Virus record (IMG/VR): IMGVR_UViG_3300012928_000001
Location: 41,164 to 105,163 of that record
Length of the DNA: 64,000 nt
Origin: a virus
Direction: 5' to 3' (one strand)
The notes below the pieces were generated by a model that was given only the letters and a program-made list of their open reading frames with translations, had not been told where the DNA came from and searched no databases. Every line of letters begins with the position of its first letter. The first letter of the stretch is position 1. Made by a program: the position numbers and the translations under genes. Shown piece by piece: positions 38,614 to 47,112 of the stretch.

Positions 38614-39031
38614 GAACCGGTGCAACATGCTCACACCGACGGGGTTTTTCAGTCCGTCACTCTCAGATCCTCGTGGGGTAGGTACTACACCCCCAAGCAA
38701 AGCCCTGCTGGCAGGATTTGAACCTGCATCGGCATCTCCCGGCTTTACCGACGCGGCACGCGTGGATCTCATCTCCCGGTCAATGTCAGCCAAAGCCATC
38801 AGCCGACTACGGGTTTAGAGGATCATTGCGTACATCATCGGGTAGAGATGACTCCCCTCCGATCGGTATCGGAGTGCACTTCCCAATATGCTCACAGCAG
38901 GAATGTCGCCGACGGGGATTCGAACCCACGCTGCCTTGTCTCGACTCGACCGATACGGTGTTCTGACCTGCGCTTACTGATCACGGGGAGCCTTGAATCG
39001 TCCAGCCCCTAGCAGTCGCTCGCGGATCAAA

Positions 39032-39098
39032 TGGTGGCATCGGATAGACAGGATTCCCGTTTCGCGGCGGGCGCACTAGCCATTGTGCCTTCGACGAC
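39032..39098 (-). pseudogene. tRNA-like element with CCA end but no intact T arm
   Basis: Minus strand: GTCGTCG...CGATGCC-A-CCA acceptor, D arm GCAC-AATGGCTA-GTGC, CCCG/CGGG arm. Confidence 0.45.
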
Positions 39099-39104
39099 AA
39101 ACTA

Positions 39105-39126
39105 CCGTAGCCCGAATGGGCTACGG
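39105..39126 (-). terminator. Hairpin downstream of the leftward operon
   Basis: CCGTAGCCC-ATTC-GGGCTACGG then TAGTTTGT on the minus strand. Confidence 0.55.
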
Positions 39127-39151
39127 AGTCACAGATCGTCCGAGAAAAATC

Positions 39152-39757
39152 TCAGACTCCGAGGTTGGGCGGGTTGGGCTCGAAGACCACGCCCATCCGC
39201 TCGCGCTCGGTGGTGTCCTTGCCGAGCTCTTCGTAGAAGCGATCGAAGGTCGCTTGATCCTTCGTGAAGAGCGCGTACAGGTGAGGGTGCCGCGGCTGCG
39301 GCTGCAAGATGGGCGAGCCGCCGCCCTCGCGGTCCGGGGCGTAGGACTTGATCCGCGCGCGGAGCAGGCAGACGCTCGCCGCGAACTCGGGCAGGTAGGT
39401 GTGAAACCAGGCCCGGTCCGTGGCCGCCGGGAGCAGGGCCAGCACCGTCGAGCCGCGCTGGGCCTCGATCGACGCTTTCTGAACCCACCGGCTCAGCGGG
39501 TACCACTCGAAGTTGGGCTCTTCCTCGGGCCGGCGCTCGCCGTGCGTCGGGTTGAGCAACACGCGAGGACCCCAGGCCAAGCGCATCCCGTCGTTCTCCG
39601 CGGTGTCGCCAAAGCAGACCCGGTCGGCCTTGAGGAACTGGTCCGGGTGACCGCACGGATCGTCGGTCGGCTGACCGCCGAGGATCCGATAGGCGCGCTC
39701 GCACTCTTCGGGCGGGAGTAGGTAGTCGTATTCGATGATCTTGGGGGGCTTGCTCAT
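39152..39757 (-). CDS. Phage Dam-like N6-adenine methyltransferase homologue with altered catalytic motif
   Basis: DPC, NDG...W.PRVLLNPTH (expected NPPY), WVQKA, VLALLPAATDRAWFH, LLRARIK. Confidence 0.7.
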   Translation of the reverse strand: MSKPPKIIEYDYLLPPEECERAYRILGGQPTDDPCGHPDQFLKADRVCFGDTAENDGMRLAWGPRVLLNPTHGERRPEEEPNFEWYPLSRWVQKASIEAQRGSTVLALLPAATDRAWFHTYLPEFAASVCLLRARIKSYAPDREGGGSPILQPQPRHPHLYALFTKDQATFDRFYEELGKDTTERERMGVVFEPNPPNLGV

Positions 39758-40164
39758 GGGCTTGCGTCCTCTTCCTGGGTGAAGCCGAGACACGCACTCA
39801 CCGTGGTAAGCAGTAGCGGTGCCTCGACGATGGCGCGCCCGATCGTACATGCCTCGCGCATGAGACAATTCGGGCACAAGTGATTCTCGCTGCGCAGCGC
39901 TTCGAGTGCGCTCGCCGTGTCGGGAGTGTCGGTCTCGACCGGGGCCGCGGACTCCCACAGAGCATCGAGCGCCTTGGCCTGTGTGGGATCGGTGTAGTCC
40001 GTGAATGTCGCCATGTTATCGCGGTCTGCCGCGTGCATGCCAGCCATGGCATCCTCGGCAGTCTGCACGGCGAGTTGGGCGTTGTGAGCCTCGATCTCTC
40101 CTCGCTGCCCCTCGTCGCTCACCCACCGAACGATGGTGCCGTCAATCCACACTTGATATCGCAT
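39754..40164 (-). CDS. Hypothetical protein
   Basis: ATG 40164; overlaps both neighbours; Cys cluster. Confidence 0.6.
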   Translation of the reverse strand: MRYQVWIDGTIVRWVSDEGQRGEIEAHNAQLAVQTAEDAMAGMHAADRDNMATFTDYTDPTQAKALDALWESAAPVETDTPDTASALEALRSENHLCPNCLMREACTIGRAIVEAPLLLTTVSACLGFTQEEDASP

Positions 40165-40660
40165 CTTTTTCCCAGTAATCGCGGTAGTAGACCCCGAGGC
40201 CGATCCCGATCGCCGCGGCCTCGTCGTCGGGCATCTCTCGGGCGTACCGAGATCCAATGATCTCAGTGTACTCGGTTTTGCTGGCGTTGCCAGCCCCGCA
40301 GACAAGCTTTTTCCACACACCGACATTCACCTCGATCAAGGGAACGTCGAGGTCTCCCATCACGAGTTCTGTGTGCGCGTGCATGCCTCCCCACACGTGC
40401 GCGGATGCGGTGCTAGTGTGGCGCTTCACGCCCTCGAAGGCGCACACGATCTCGCGCTTGGGATGCTTCTCGCGGGTCTCTGTGACGAGCTGGGTCAGGT
40501 AGCGCCGGAGCAGCCACCATCGCCCCCACGAGAGCTTGGCCCACGCGCCGGCTTTCAGCTTGAACACGCCCGAGTCCAGGCACTCGACACCATCGAGCAC
40601 GGCAAAGCCGTAGCTGTTGCCGTAGTCGGCACCGATGATCAGCGGCCGGTTGTCAGCCAC
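40142..40660 (-). CDS. RuvC-like Holliday junction resolvase
   Basis: IIGADYG..YGFAV, AFEG, WKKLVCGAGNASK, DDEAAAIGI. Confidence 0.8.
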   Translation of the reverse strand: MADNRPLIIGADYGNSYGFAVLDGVECLDSGVFKLKAGAWAKLSWGRWWLLRRYLTQLVTETREKHPKREIVCAFEGVKRHTSTASAHVWGGMHAHTELVMGDLDVPLIEVNVGVWKKLVCGAGNASKTEYTEIIGSRYAREMPDDEAAAIGIGLGVYYRDYWEKDAISSVD

Positions 40661-41262
40661 TGATCGACCCTCGCGGTCACGGCATCCGCGACGCTGTAGA
40701 TGCTGCCGTCGCCGTCGACGAGCCCGAGCCGGTCTGGGTGTCGCTCGCACAACGTAACGTAGGCCTCGCGCGCGCTCGACATGCGCTCGAAGTTCTCGAA
40801 GCGGTCGGGCTGCGCGTCGTCGCGGCTCAACATGCGATTCAACGCGAGCCCCGGATCGAGATCGATGACCACGGTGAAGTCGGGCCGCGTGTTCTCCGGG
40901 GAGATGTGCGCGTGTGCTGGATTGTCGACGCCGTGGTAGGCGTAGGAGCTCCACACAGAGCGATCGGAGACAAAGACGAGCTCGCCCTCGCCCCCTTGCT
41001 TGTCGCGCGCGTCGGCTTGCCTCGCCATCATCATGCAGTGGATGATTCGGTCGGCCGCGAAAAGCACGTTGAGCTCGACCTCGCTGATCGTCGGCGCGAT
41101 GAGCTGCTCACGGATGAGCTGCCCGATTGGTCCGTCCGTAGGCTCGCGGACCAATCGGGCGTCAAAGCCCGCGCGGGTGAGATGCTCGACCAGCAGCTGG
41201 GTTTGGGTCCCCTTGCCGCATCCGTCGATGCCCTCGACCGCGATGTGCGTGTAGGCCCTCAC
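40639..41262 (-). CDS. tmk: Thymidylate (dTMP) kinase
   Basis: IAVEGIDGCGKGTQ, REPT, LFAADR, SDRSVWSSYAY, PD. Confidence 0.92.
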   Translation of the reverse strand: MRAYTHIAVEGIDGCGKGTQTQLLVEHLTRAGFDARLVREPTDGPIGQLIREQLIAPTISEVELNVLFAADRIIHCMMMARQADARDKQGGEGELVFVSDRSVWSSYAYHGVDNPAHAHISPENTRPDFTVVIDLDPGLALNRMLSRDDAQPDRFENFERMSSAREAYVTLCERHPDRLGLVDGDGSIYSVADAVTARVDQWLTTGR

Positions 41263-41474
41263 TTGGCCTTGAGCTCCGCGTCGATGGTCTCCTCAGGGGG
41301 AAGGGCCATGAACTCGGGGATCGTCATGGTCCCGAGGTACCGGTCGCCACGCGTGACCACGTAGCGACAAGCGGCGGCACGGTCGAGCTCCTCACGCTCG
41401 GCCAGACGACGCGCGGCGACGGGATCCCCCGCAGCGGCGCGCATTTCGATGGTAGTGGCGTCGGTGTACATCAT
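41259..41474 (-). CDS. Hypothetical protein
   Basis: ATG 41474; GTGA overlap with tmk. Confidence 0.5.
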   Translation of the reverse strand: MMYTDATTIEMRAAAGDPVAARRLAEREELDRAAACRYVVTRGDRYLGTMTIPEFMALPPEETIDAELKAK

Positions 41475-41530
41475 GGCAAAACTCCCGGTGACTGGATCAC
41501 CGGGAGTCTGGCACAGATGTCTTGATCCGG

Positions 41531-42952
41531 CTAGTCGCGGACCCAGATTTTTTCGCCGTAGTTGATCTTGCTGTCGTATCCGCCGCCCTCGACCCAGGGC
41601 TCGCACGCATGGTCGCCGACGAGGACCCAGATCACCTTGAAGCCCTTCGGCGGGAGCGCGGGGCCAGGTCCTCCGCCGTCGGTGAGGACCACGAGCAGGT
41701 TCACGTCGTCGAGCCTCTCGACCGCCTCGAAGATCGGGGTGAAGTAGGTCCCCCCGCCGCCCTTCAAGCTCTTGCCGAGCTCCGTCCAGCTGTGGACTTT
41801 CTTGGCGCCGCCGTGGACCTTGGCGTCGCAGCTCAGGAACTGGATGTCGTCGACCTCTTCGAGGATGCCCTTGCACTCCGCGAGCGCGAGCGCGAGATCG
41901 TCTTGTCCCATGCTCCCCGACGTGTCGACCGCGACCGCGACCTTGGGTTGCATGCCCACCATGGTGGGCAGGATGGGGTGCCCGGGGCCGTAGCCCAGGG
42001 CGCCCTGTTGACGCGAGGGGCGGTGCAGGGAGTAGTCCATCATCCCCGCGATGTGCTGCACCGCGCCGCGCAGGGTCTTGCGGAGCTCATCCTGCCAGCG
42101 GATCTTTGGCGGCTTGATCTTGTCCTCCGCCCAGACCGCCCAGCCCTTGGGGACCGAGCCGCGCCCGTTTTGCTTGGCGTAGCTCTGGACCTGCTCCGCG
42201 GTTTCCTTGCGGAGCTGCTCCAGCTCCGACTCGCTGCGCCCGCCCTCGGTCGGGTTGGCCCCGTTGCCGGCCCCGTCGTTGGCGATGCCCTCGCCGTCTC
42301 CGTCGCCGTTGCCGTTGCCGTCGCCGTTGCCGTCGCCCTGTCCTGGGTTCCCGCTGCCGTCGCTCGTGTAGTTCTCCTCGCCGGGGAGCGGGTTCCCAGC
42401 TCCGCCGCCGCACATGCCCGAGCCCGGGCGCGCGCCCGGGACGGCCTTGGGCGGATTGTCCATGGCGAGCAGCGCGTGATAGTAGACGACTTCCGGCAAT
42501 CCGGTTTCCATGGGTTCCATGGTCTGCGGATGCGTGATCTTGTGGGGCAACATGTCCGACGGTAGCGGCTTCAACCCCGCGGCGATCAAGTCGTCATTGA
42601 TCGCCGCGTCATAGGCCAGATTCGCAATCTGCGGATTCCACCCATTGGCGATCGTCATGGTGACGTGATCTCGAATGATGTGCATCGTCTCGTGCAGCAG
42701 CCCGAACTCGACATCCGCGAGTGACCACTTTTCGATGACATCGGGATCGTAGAGCAAGATCGCCGTGCGCGTGACCGCCATGCCGGCGCCCATCTTGGCC
42801 ATCATGCCGGGCACGGCTCGGGGGATGAGACTGAGCAGCGCCGTGCCGAAGTAGGGGAGTCGACGACGCGCGATGAATCGCGCCGTCATGATTTTCTGAT
42901 CGTGCGACAGGTGTTCGGCGTTGGCGTTGGTGAAGCGGCTTCGACGGCTCAT
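41531..42952 (-). CDS. Metallopeptidase-like (HExxH) + vWA domain protein
   Basis: LLHETMH, NLAYDAAIND, VAVDTSGSM (MIDAS), GGGGT.F, LTDG. Confidence 0.88.
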   Translation of the reverse strand: MSRRSRFTNANAEHLSHDQKIMTARFIARRRLPYFGTALLSLIPRAVPGMMAKMGAGMAVTRTAILLYDPDVIEKWSLADVEFGLLHETMHIIRDHVTMTIANGWNPQIANLAYDAAINDDLIAAGLKPLPSDMLPHKITHPQTMEPMETGLPEVVYYHALLAMDNPPKAVPGARPGSGMCGGGAGNPLPGEENYTSDGSGNPGQGDGNGDGNGNGDGDGEGIANDGAGNGANPTEGGRSESELEQLRKETAEQVQSYAKQNGRGSVPKGWAVWAEDKIKPPKIRWQDELRKTLRGAVQHIAGMMDYSLHRPSRQQGALGYGPGHPILPTMVGMQPKVAVAVDTSGSMGQDDLALALAECKGILEEVDDIQFLSCDAKVHGGAKKVHSWTELGKSLKGGGGTYFTPIFEAVERLDDVNLLVVLTDGGGPGPALPPKGFKVIWVLVGDHACEPWVEGGGYDSKINYGEKIWVRD

Positions 42953-43857
42953 ACTTTACTGTAGGCCGAAAGCGCCTGTCGGTCACAGAATAGCATCGCA
43001 GTATCTTCGAGTCCTTGATTGAGCGCCGCGATCACGTGCGCGAGATGCTTTTCGGATTTGCGGTGTGCTAGGGTCGCTTTGGACCTACAGAGCACGCACG
43101 CTGTGTCGATTTTGGGTGGAGGCGGATCGTTGACGTGCGACTCGTCGCGTTGGTACACGCTTTTCGCCATGCGCTTGACGCCGTTGTGGTACAGCCGCCA
43201 CCGCGGCATCGGGCCAGGGCAGAACACCGCAACTTGGTAGTTGTGGTCAACTTTGATGATCCACTTGGGCGGGTAGCGAATCCTCGGTGTCGTCGAGAGC
43301 ATGGGCTGCACACCGGGCATGTCCTCGATCGTCACGGGCATACGCTGATCAGTCCCGTTGGTAAGCCGTCGCTGTATGAGCTCCTTAGCCCGCGCTTTGG
43401 TGAGCTGGAACTGACCCCACTGGACGCGCGCCGGTTGCTTGCGTTGCAGGCGCGAGCGTGCACGCCGAATATGTAGTGCCTGTTTGCGCAAGGCCAGGGC
43501 CACGTTCTGCAACATGCCCAATCCAGCGTTGTCTTCGAATACAGCCTTACCGGTGTATGCTGACACCTGGGCCAGCTCAGACACTGGGCCGTCTTCGATG
43601 ATGTGTGCTTTGACTTTCTCGATTATTCCAAAGCACGATTCGTTGAATACCTCGGGCTCTGCGATCGCGCTGAGAGCCCCGATCGAGTCCCCCGAGAACC
43701 GATCATAGCATTCTGAGTACACACCGAGCAGCTGCATCCTCCCGGACACCGTGAAGCGCACGTCGTGCTCACCGTCAGGGTGATAGGGGCAAGGCACCCG
43801 CACCGTAACGGTGAGCTCCGTCTGATCTACTCGCCAACTCTGTTTGCGCTTGGCCAT
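42949..43857 (-). CDS. Hypothetical protein (C-terminal CxxC...H..H Zn finger-like)
   Basis: True start probably ATG 43857 (MAKRKQ); upstream part of the called ORF overlaps the AAA gene out of frame. Confidence 0.65.
   Translation of the reverse strand: MAKRKQSWRVDQTELTVTVRVPCPYHPDGEHDVRFTVSGRMQLLGVYSECYDRFSGDSIGALSAIAEPEVFNESCFGIIEKVKAHIIEDGPVSELAQVSAYTGKAVFEDNAGLGMLQNVALALRKQALHIRRARSRLQRKQPARVQWGQFQLTKARAKELIQRRLTNGTDQRMPVTIEDMPGVQPMLSTTPRIRYPPKWIIKVDHNYQVAVFCPGPMPRWRLYHNGVKRMAKSVYQRDESHVNDPPPPKIDTACVLCRSKATLAHRKSEKHLAHVIAALNQGLEDTAMLFCDRQALSAYSKV
42958..42987 (-). promoter_or_regulatory. Conserved phage promoter motif, copy 3
   Basis: Minus strand TGTGAC-N18(ending TTCGGCC)-TACAGT; 5 nt before ATG 42952. 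Confidence 0.75.
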
Positions 43858-43858
43858 A

Positions 43859-43925
43859 TGAGCCGACAGGGAATCGAACCCCGCACGCACGGAAGCCATC
43901 GCCCGTGGTCCCCAGGACTCAGCCC
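43859..43925 (-). ncRNA. tRNA-like cloverleaf with non-canonical D and anticodon loops
   Basis: Minus strand: GGGCTGA/TCGGCTC 7-bp acceptor, GTCC-TGG-GGAC, CACGG-10nt-CCGTG, T arm CGGGG-TTCGATT-CCCTG. Confidence 0.55.
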
Positions 43926-43926
43926 G

Positions 43927-43951
43927 AAAAGGTGCCGCCCCGGAGGGCGGC
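43927..43951 (-). terminator. Hairpin after AAA ATPase stop
   Basis: Minus strand GCCGCCC-TCCG-GGGCGGC-ACC-TTTT. Confidence 0.55.
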
Positions 43952-43955
43952 GAGC

Positions 43956-45161
43956 TCAGTAGAGGTTCATCAGGCCCGCGGCTTCGAGCATCGGCCGGAG
44001 GGCGCCGACCTGGGTGGCCCCGTGGACGCCGATCAGGCCGCGGTCGATCAGGACCTTGGCGGGATGCAGCGCCGCGTCGCCGGCCGTCTTCGAGACCTCG
44101 CCGATGAGGCGCCACAAGGCCTGCCCTCGCGCGTCGCGGTTGGGGCAGTCGTCGGAGCCCACGAGGGTCGCGCAGCTCCGCATCACCGCTTGGGTGATGT
44201 CGGGGCGATCCTTGCGGTGCTTCCAGGTGACCTTGCCGTCGAGCAGGTCGGTCGTCTTGGGCAAGTCGAGCCTGTTGCGGTAGGCGACGTACTCGCCGTG
44301 CACCTTCGAGCCCACGAAGCTGGCCATGAGCGCGTCGATCTGCGCGGGCGAACACCCGTTCGCGTAGCCGGCGGCCTGGGCCCGGATCGCCATCTCCCAC
44401 GAGCGCGCCGAGGGCCACGCCCCCGCGGCGCTGGGGTCGGTCGCCTTGGGCATGCGGTTGAGCAGCTCGGTGCGGTTCTCGATGAACGCCGTCACGACGC
44501 CCGCCGACTGGGCGTAGGCCTCGGGCCACGCCTTGCGCATGCGGGTGGTCTCGGTGGCGTAGCGCTCGGCCATCTCCTCGGTCGACGGCTTGGGCTGCCC
44601 GGAGCTGCCGCCCGCGATCATGTAGGCCGACCACTGCCGCGCCGACGCCCCGGCGAAGTTGGTGTGTCCGAAGCGGTTGGCGAGGGCGGGCGTCAGATCG
44701 TAGCCGCCGCTCGCCATCTCGGGCGGGTTGGCGTCGAGCAGGAAGCGGACCCCCGGGGGGAGGTGGAACCCGCCGACGACACCTTCGTTCACGACGCGGA
44801 GCAGGGCGCCCTGGGTCGCGGGCGTGCAGGTCGTGACTTCGTTGATCAAGATGATCACGCCCATGCCCGCCTCGACGGCGCGCGCCGCCTCGACGGCCCA
44901 GTCGGGCACGGCGAAGCGCGTGATCATGACGTCTTGACCCATGAGCTTGGTACGCTCCGGGATCGGCAGACCCAGGAAGTCACTGGGCTGCATGAGCGCG
45001 GCGGACAGGGTGATCACGACCATTCCCAGGCTCTCGCCGATCTGGCGGAGGATCCCGGTCTTGCCGACGCCGGGGACGCCCATGGTGAGGATGGGCAGAC
45101 CCTCGCGGTCGTTGAGCCCCTCGGCGAGTAGTGCGGTCTCGATGATTTTGTGACTGAACAT
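43956..45161 (-). CDS. MoxR-like AAA+ ATPase
   Basis: Walker A GVPGVGKT, Walker B variant ILINE, QGALL, ANP, ALANRF, SARSWE. Confidence 0.88.
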   Translation of the reverse strand: MFSHKIIETALLAEGLNDREGLPILTMGVPGVGKTGILRQIGESLGMVVITLSAALMQPSDFLGLPIPERTKLMGQDVMITRFAVPDWAVEAARAVEAGMGVIILINEVTTCTPATQGALLRVVNEGVVGGFHLPPGVRFLLDANPPEMASGGYDLTPALANRFGHTNFAGASARQWSAYMIAGGSSGQPKPSTEEMAERYATETTRMRKAWPEAYAQSAGVVTAFIENRTELLNRMPKATDPSAAGAWPSARSWEMAIRAQAAGYANGCSPAQIDALMASFVGSKVHGEYVAYRNRLDLPKTTDLLDGKVTWKHRKDRPDITQAVMRSCATLVGSDDCPNRDARGQALWRLIGEVSKTAGDAALHPAKVLIDRGLIGVHGATQVGALRPMLEAAGLMNLY

Positions 45162-45205
45162 GGCTTCTCGTTTTTCTCCGCCGGGTGATGTTGCGGCGGT
45201 GACCT

Positions 45206-45235
45206 ACTGTAGGCCGTTCGGAAGTGCGACGCACA
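45206..45235 (-). promoter_or_regulatory. Conserved phage promoter motif, copy 4 (leadered)
   Basis: Minus strand TGTGCG-N18(ending AACGGCC)-TACAGT about 45 nt upstream of ATG 45161. Confidence 0.65.
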
Positions 45236-45247
45236 ACTCGCACAACT
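45231..45247 (+). promoter_or_regulatory. Tandem GCACAACT direct repeat (putative operator)
   Basis: GCACAACT-C-GCACAACT; similar 9-bp-period arrays at 46081, 47064 and 47783. Confidence 0.6.
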
Positions 45248-45383
45248 TTTTTTCAAAAAGGGACTAGACACGCGCAACTGTCCGTGCAACATTTCGAGTC
45301 CACCAACCGAAACCGAGCGCAAGAGAATGGCACAACGGAAACGCCGACTCCCACCGCCTCGCATCGAAGAACGACGAGTCAAC

Positions 45384-45926
45384 ATGAGCACCGACACCAC
45401 CCCCGAGACCCCCCAGGCCCAGGCCGCCCCCAAGACCAAGCGCACGCGTCAGCCCGCCCACATCGAGTACGCCGGTCGCATCGACAGCTTCGTCGATCGC
45501 GTCGGCGGGGCCGAGCGCAAGAAGACCCTGCTGTCCGACCTCGACACCTGGATCCTCCACGCCACCGACGACAAGGTCAAGGCCACGCTGACCGAGCTCC
45601 GCGAGCAGGCCGAGCAGATGAACAAGCTGGGCCAGGCGATGTCCCTGACCCTCGTGAACCTCCCCGACGGCTTCTACAAGAAGCCCTCCCGGAAGGCCCC
45701 CAAGAAGGCCGAGGTGACGCCCTTCACCGTCGGCTGCACGCTGCGGGTCAAGGACGAGTACCGCACCGCGAGCTCGCCCTACGAGCGACTCGGCATGCCC
45801 TACGACGGGCTGGTCTACCTCGGCGACCGGGCGAAGTTCGTCCGCGTCTCCTACACCGGCCCCGACGGCAAGGAAGAGCAGTCGATGTTGCCCCGCAACA
45901 ACGTCGAGCTCATGCCCGCGGGCTGA
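45384..45926 (+). CDS. Hypothetical protein (first rightward early gene)
   Basis: Very high GC3; alternative start at 45327. Confidence 0.7.
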   Translation: MSTDTTPETPQAQAAPKTKRTRQPAHIEYAGRIDSFVDRVGGAERKKTLLSDLDTWILHATDDKVKATLTELREQAEQMNKLGQAMSLTLVNLPDGFYKKPSRKAPKKAEVTPFTVGCTLRVKDEYRTASSPYERLGMPYDGLVYLGDRAKFVRVSYTGPDGKEEQSMLPRNNVELMPAG

Positions 45927-45965
45927 TCCTCGATCGAGCCCCGGGCGTGCCCGGGGCTCCCCCAT

Positions 45966-46037
45966 GACCGCGTACGCCAACGGTAGAGCGCAGAACTAGC
46001 TAGTCTGGGTTGCGGGTTCGAATCCCGCCGCGGATCG
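45966..46037 (+). tRNA. tRNA or tRNA-like element (apparent anticodon AGC, atypical)
   Basis: CCGCG/CGCGG acceptor core, CGC-CAACGGTAGA-GCG D arm, CAGA..TCTG anticodon stem, canonical T arm GCGGG-TTCGAAT-CCCGC. Confidence 0.6.
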
Positions 46038-46117
46038 ATGTAAAGGCCGGATGATCTCCGGCCTTGTTTAGGCCCCACCTGCACAACTAACACAACTTCA
46101 CAACGAACGACGAATCC

Positions 46118-47014
46118 ATGACCACCGAATCCCCACTCTCGAAAGACGTGTTCGCGCTCAGCGAGCACAACAACTGCTCTGGCGCGCTCGTGTACTGGAG
46201 TCTCTCCAGCGGCACGAACGGCCCCGCCCTGATCGACGCCCTCGAAGGCCAAGGCCTGCGCGCCGCCGACGGGCCCAAGCTCCCCGCGCCCGCGCGGTGC
46301 CTGACCCGCGCGGCGAAGGCCATCGCCCAGGAGCAGCGCGGCTCGATCCACCGACACAACGGCGTGTTGTGGTGCGTCGACAGCGAGGCCCTCGAAGTCG
46401 ACGGCGCCCCGGTCTACCGCGCCAGCTGGGGCGTCAAGCTGGGTGAGATCGGGATGCCCGAGTGGTACCCGGGCCACCGCGGCGAGGCATCGGACGCGAC
46501 CCGCGAGAACCTGCGCGACCGCTACATGTCGCTACTCGACGGCGAGCTCTCCACGGGTGACGTGTCCTCGTGGCTGCTCGACACGACCGAGCGCATGTTC
46601 GGCCTCATGCTGCGCCGCACGGGCGGGATCTACTTCATCCCGCACTCGACCCTCGACGACTTCACGAAGCGCGTGCAGGCGCTGCACAGCGTGAGCGCCT
46701 GCAAGGTCTACATGATCCCGGCCATGCACGCGAGCATGGGCGTCGCGGCCCTCGTCGACGCGCTCGCGGCCGAGGTGGCCGAGCTCGCGGATCGGACCTT
46801 CGCGGAGCTCGACTCCGGCGACCTGGGAGCCCGCGCCATCGAGACCCGGACCCGCCGGGCTGAGGCCCTGCTCGGCAAGGTCGAGCACTTCGAGAAGCTG
46901 CTCGACACGTCCCTCGACGAGCTCACGGAGCGCGCCAAAAAGCTGGCCGCGGCCTCGACCGCGGCTCACATCGCGGCCATGTCCAAGGCCGACGCCGGGA
47001 TCAGCCCGACCTGA
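46118..47014 (+). CDS. Conserved-looking hypothetical phage protein
   Basis: 298 aa; GALVYWSL, LRRTGGIYFIP; C-terminal coiled coil. Confidence 0.75.
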   Translation: MTTESPLSKDVFALSEHNNCSGALVYWSLSSGTNGPALIDALEGQGLRAADGPKLPAPARCLTRAAKAIAQEQRGSIHRHNGVLWCVDSEALEVDGAPVYRASWGVKLGEIGMPEWYPGHRGEASDATRENLRDRYMSLLDGELSTGDVSSWLLDTTERMFGLMLRRTGGIYFIPHSTLDDFTKRVQALHSVSACKVYMIPAMHASMGVAALVDALAAEVAELADRTFAELDSGDLGARAIETRTRRAEALLGKVEHFEKLLDTSLDELTERAKKLAAASTAAHIAAMSKADAGISPT

Positions 47015-47025
47015 AAACGGGCGAG

Positions 47026-47052
47026 AGGACGGGTTGACGCCCGTCCTTTCTT
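47026..47052 (+). terminator. Rho-independent terminator
   Basis: AGGACGGG-TTGACG-CCCGTCCT-TTCTT. Confidence 0.65.
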
Positions 47053-47112
47053 GCGGTACACCTGCACAACTACCACAACTTGCACATCTCCATCGACCAA
47101 AGATCACTCGCC

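Noticed and set aside
38388-39130. Short ORFs (38509-38799, 38627-38818, 38718-38966) and a tmRNA call
   Set aside because: The ORFs lack phage-like codon usage and motifs; no tmRNA acceptor pairing or tag reading frame could be identified by eye.
42949-44634. 561-aa ORF as called in the track
   Set aside because: Its first ~260 codons overlap the AAA ATPase out of frame and the tRNA-like element; the likely gene starts at ATG 43857.
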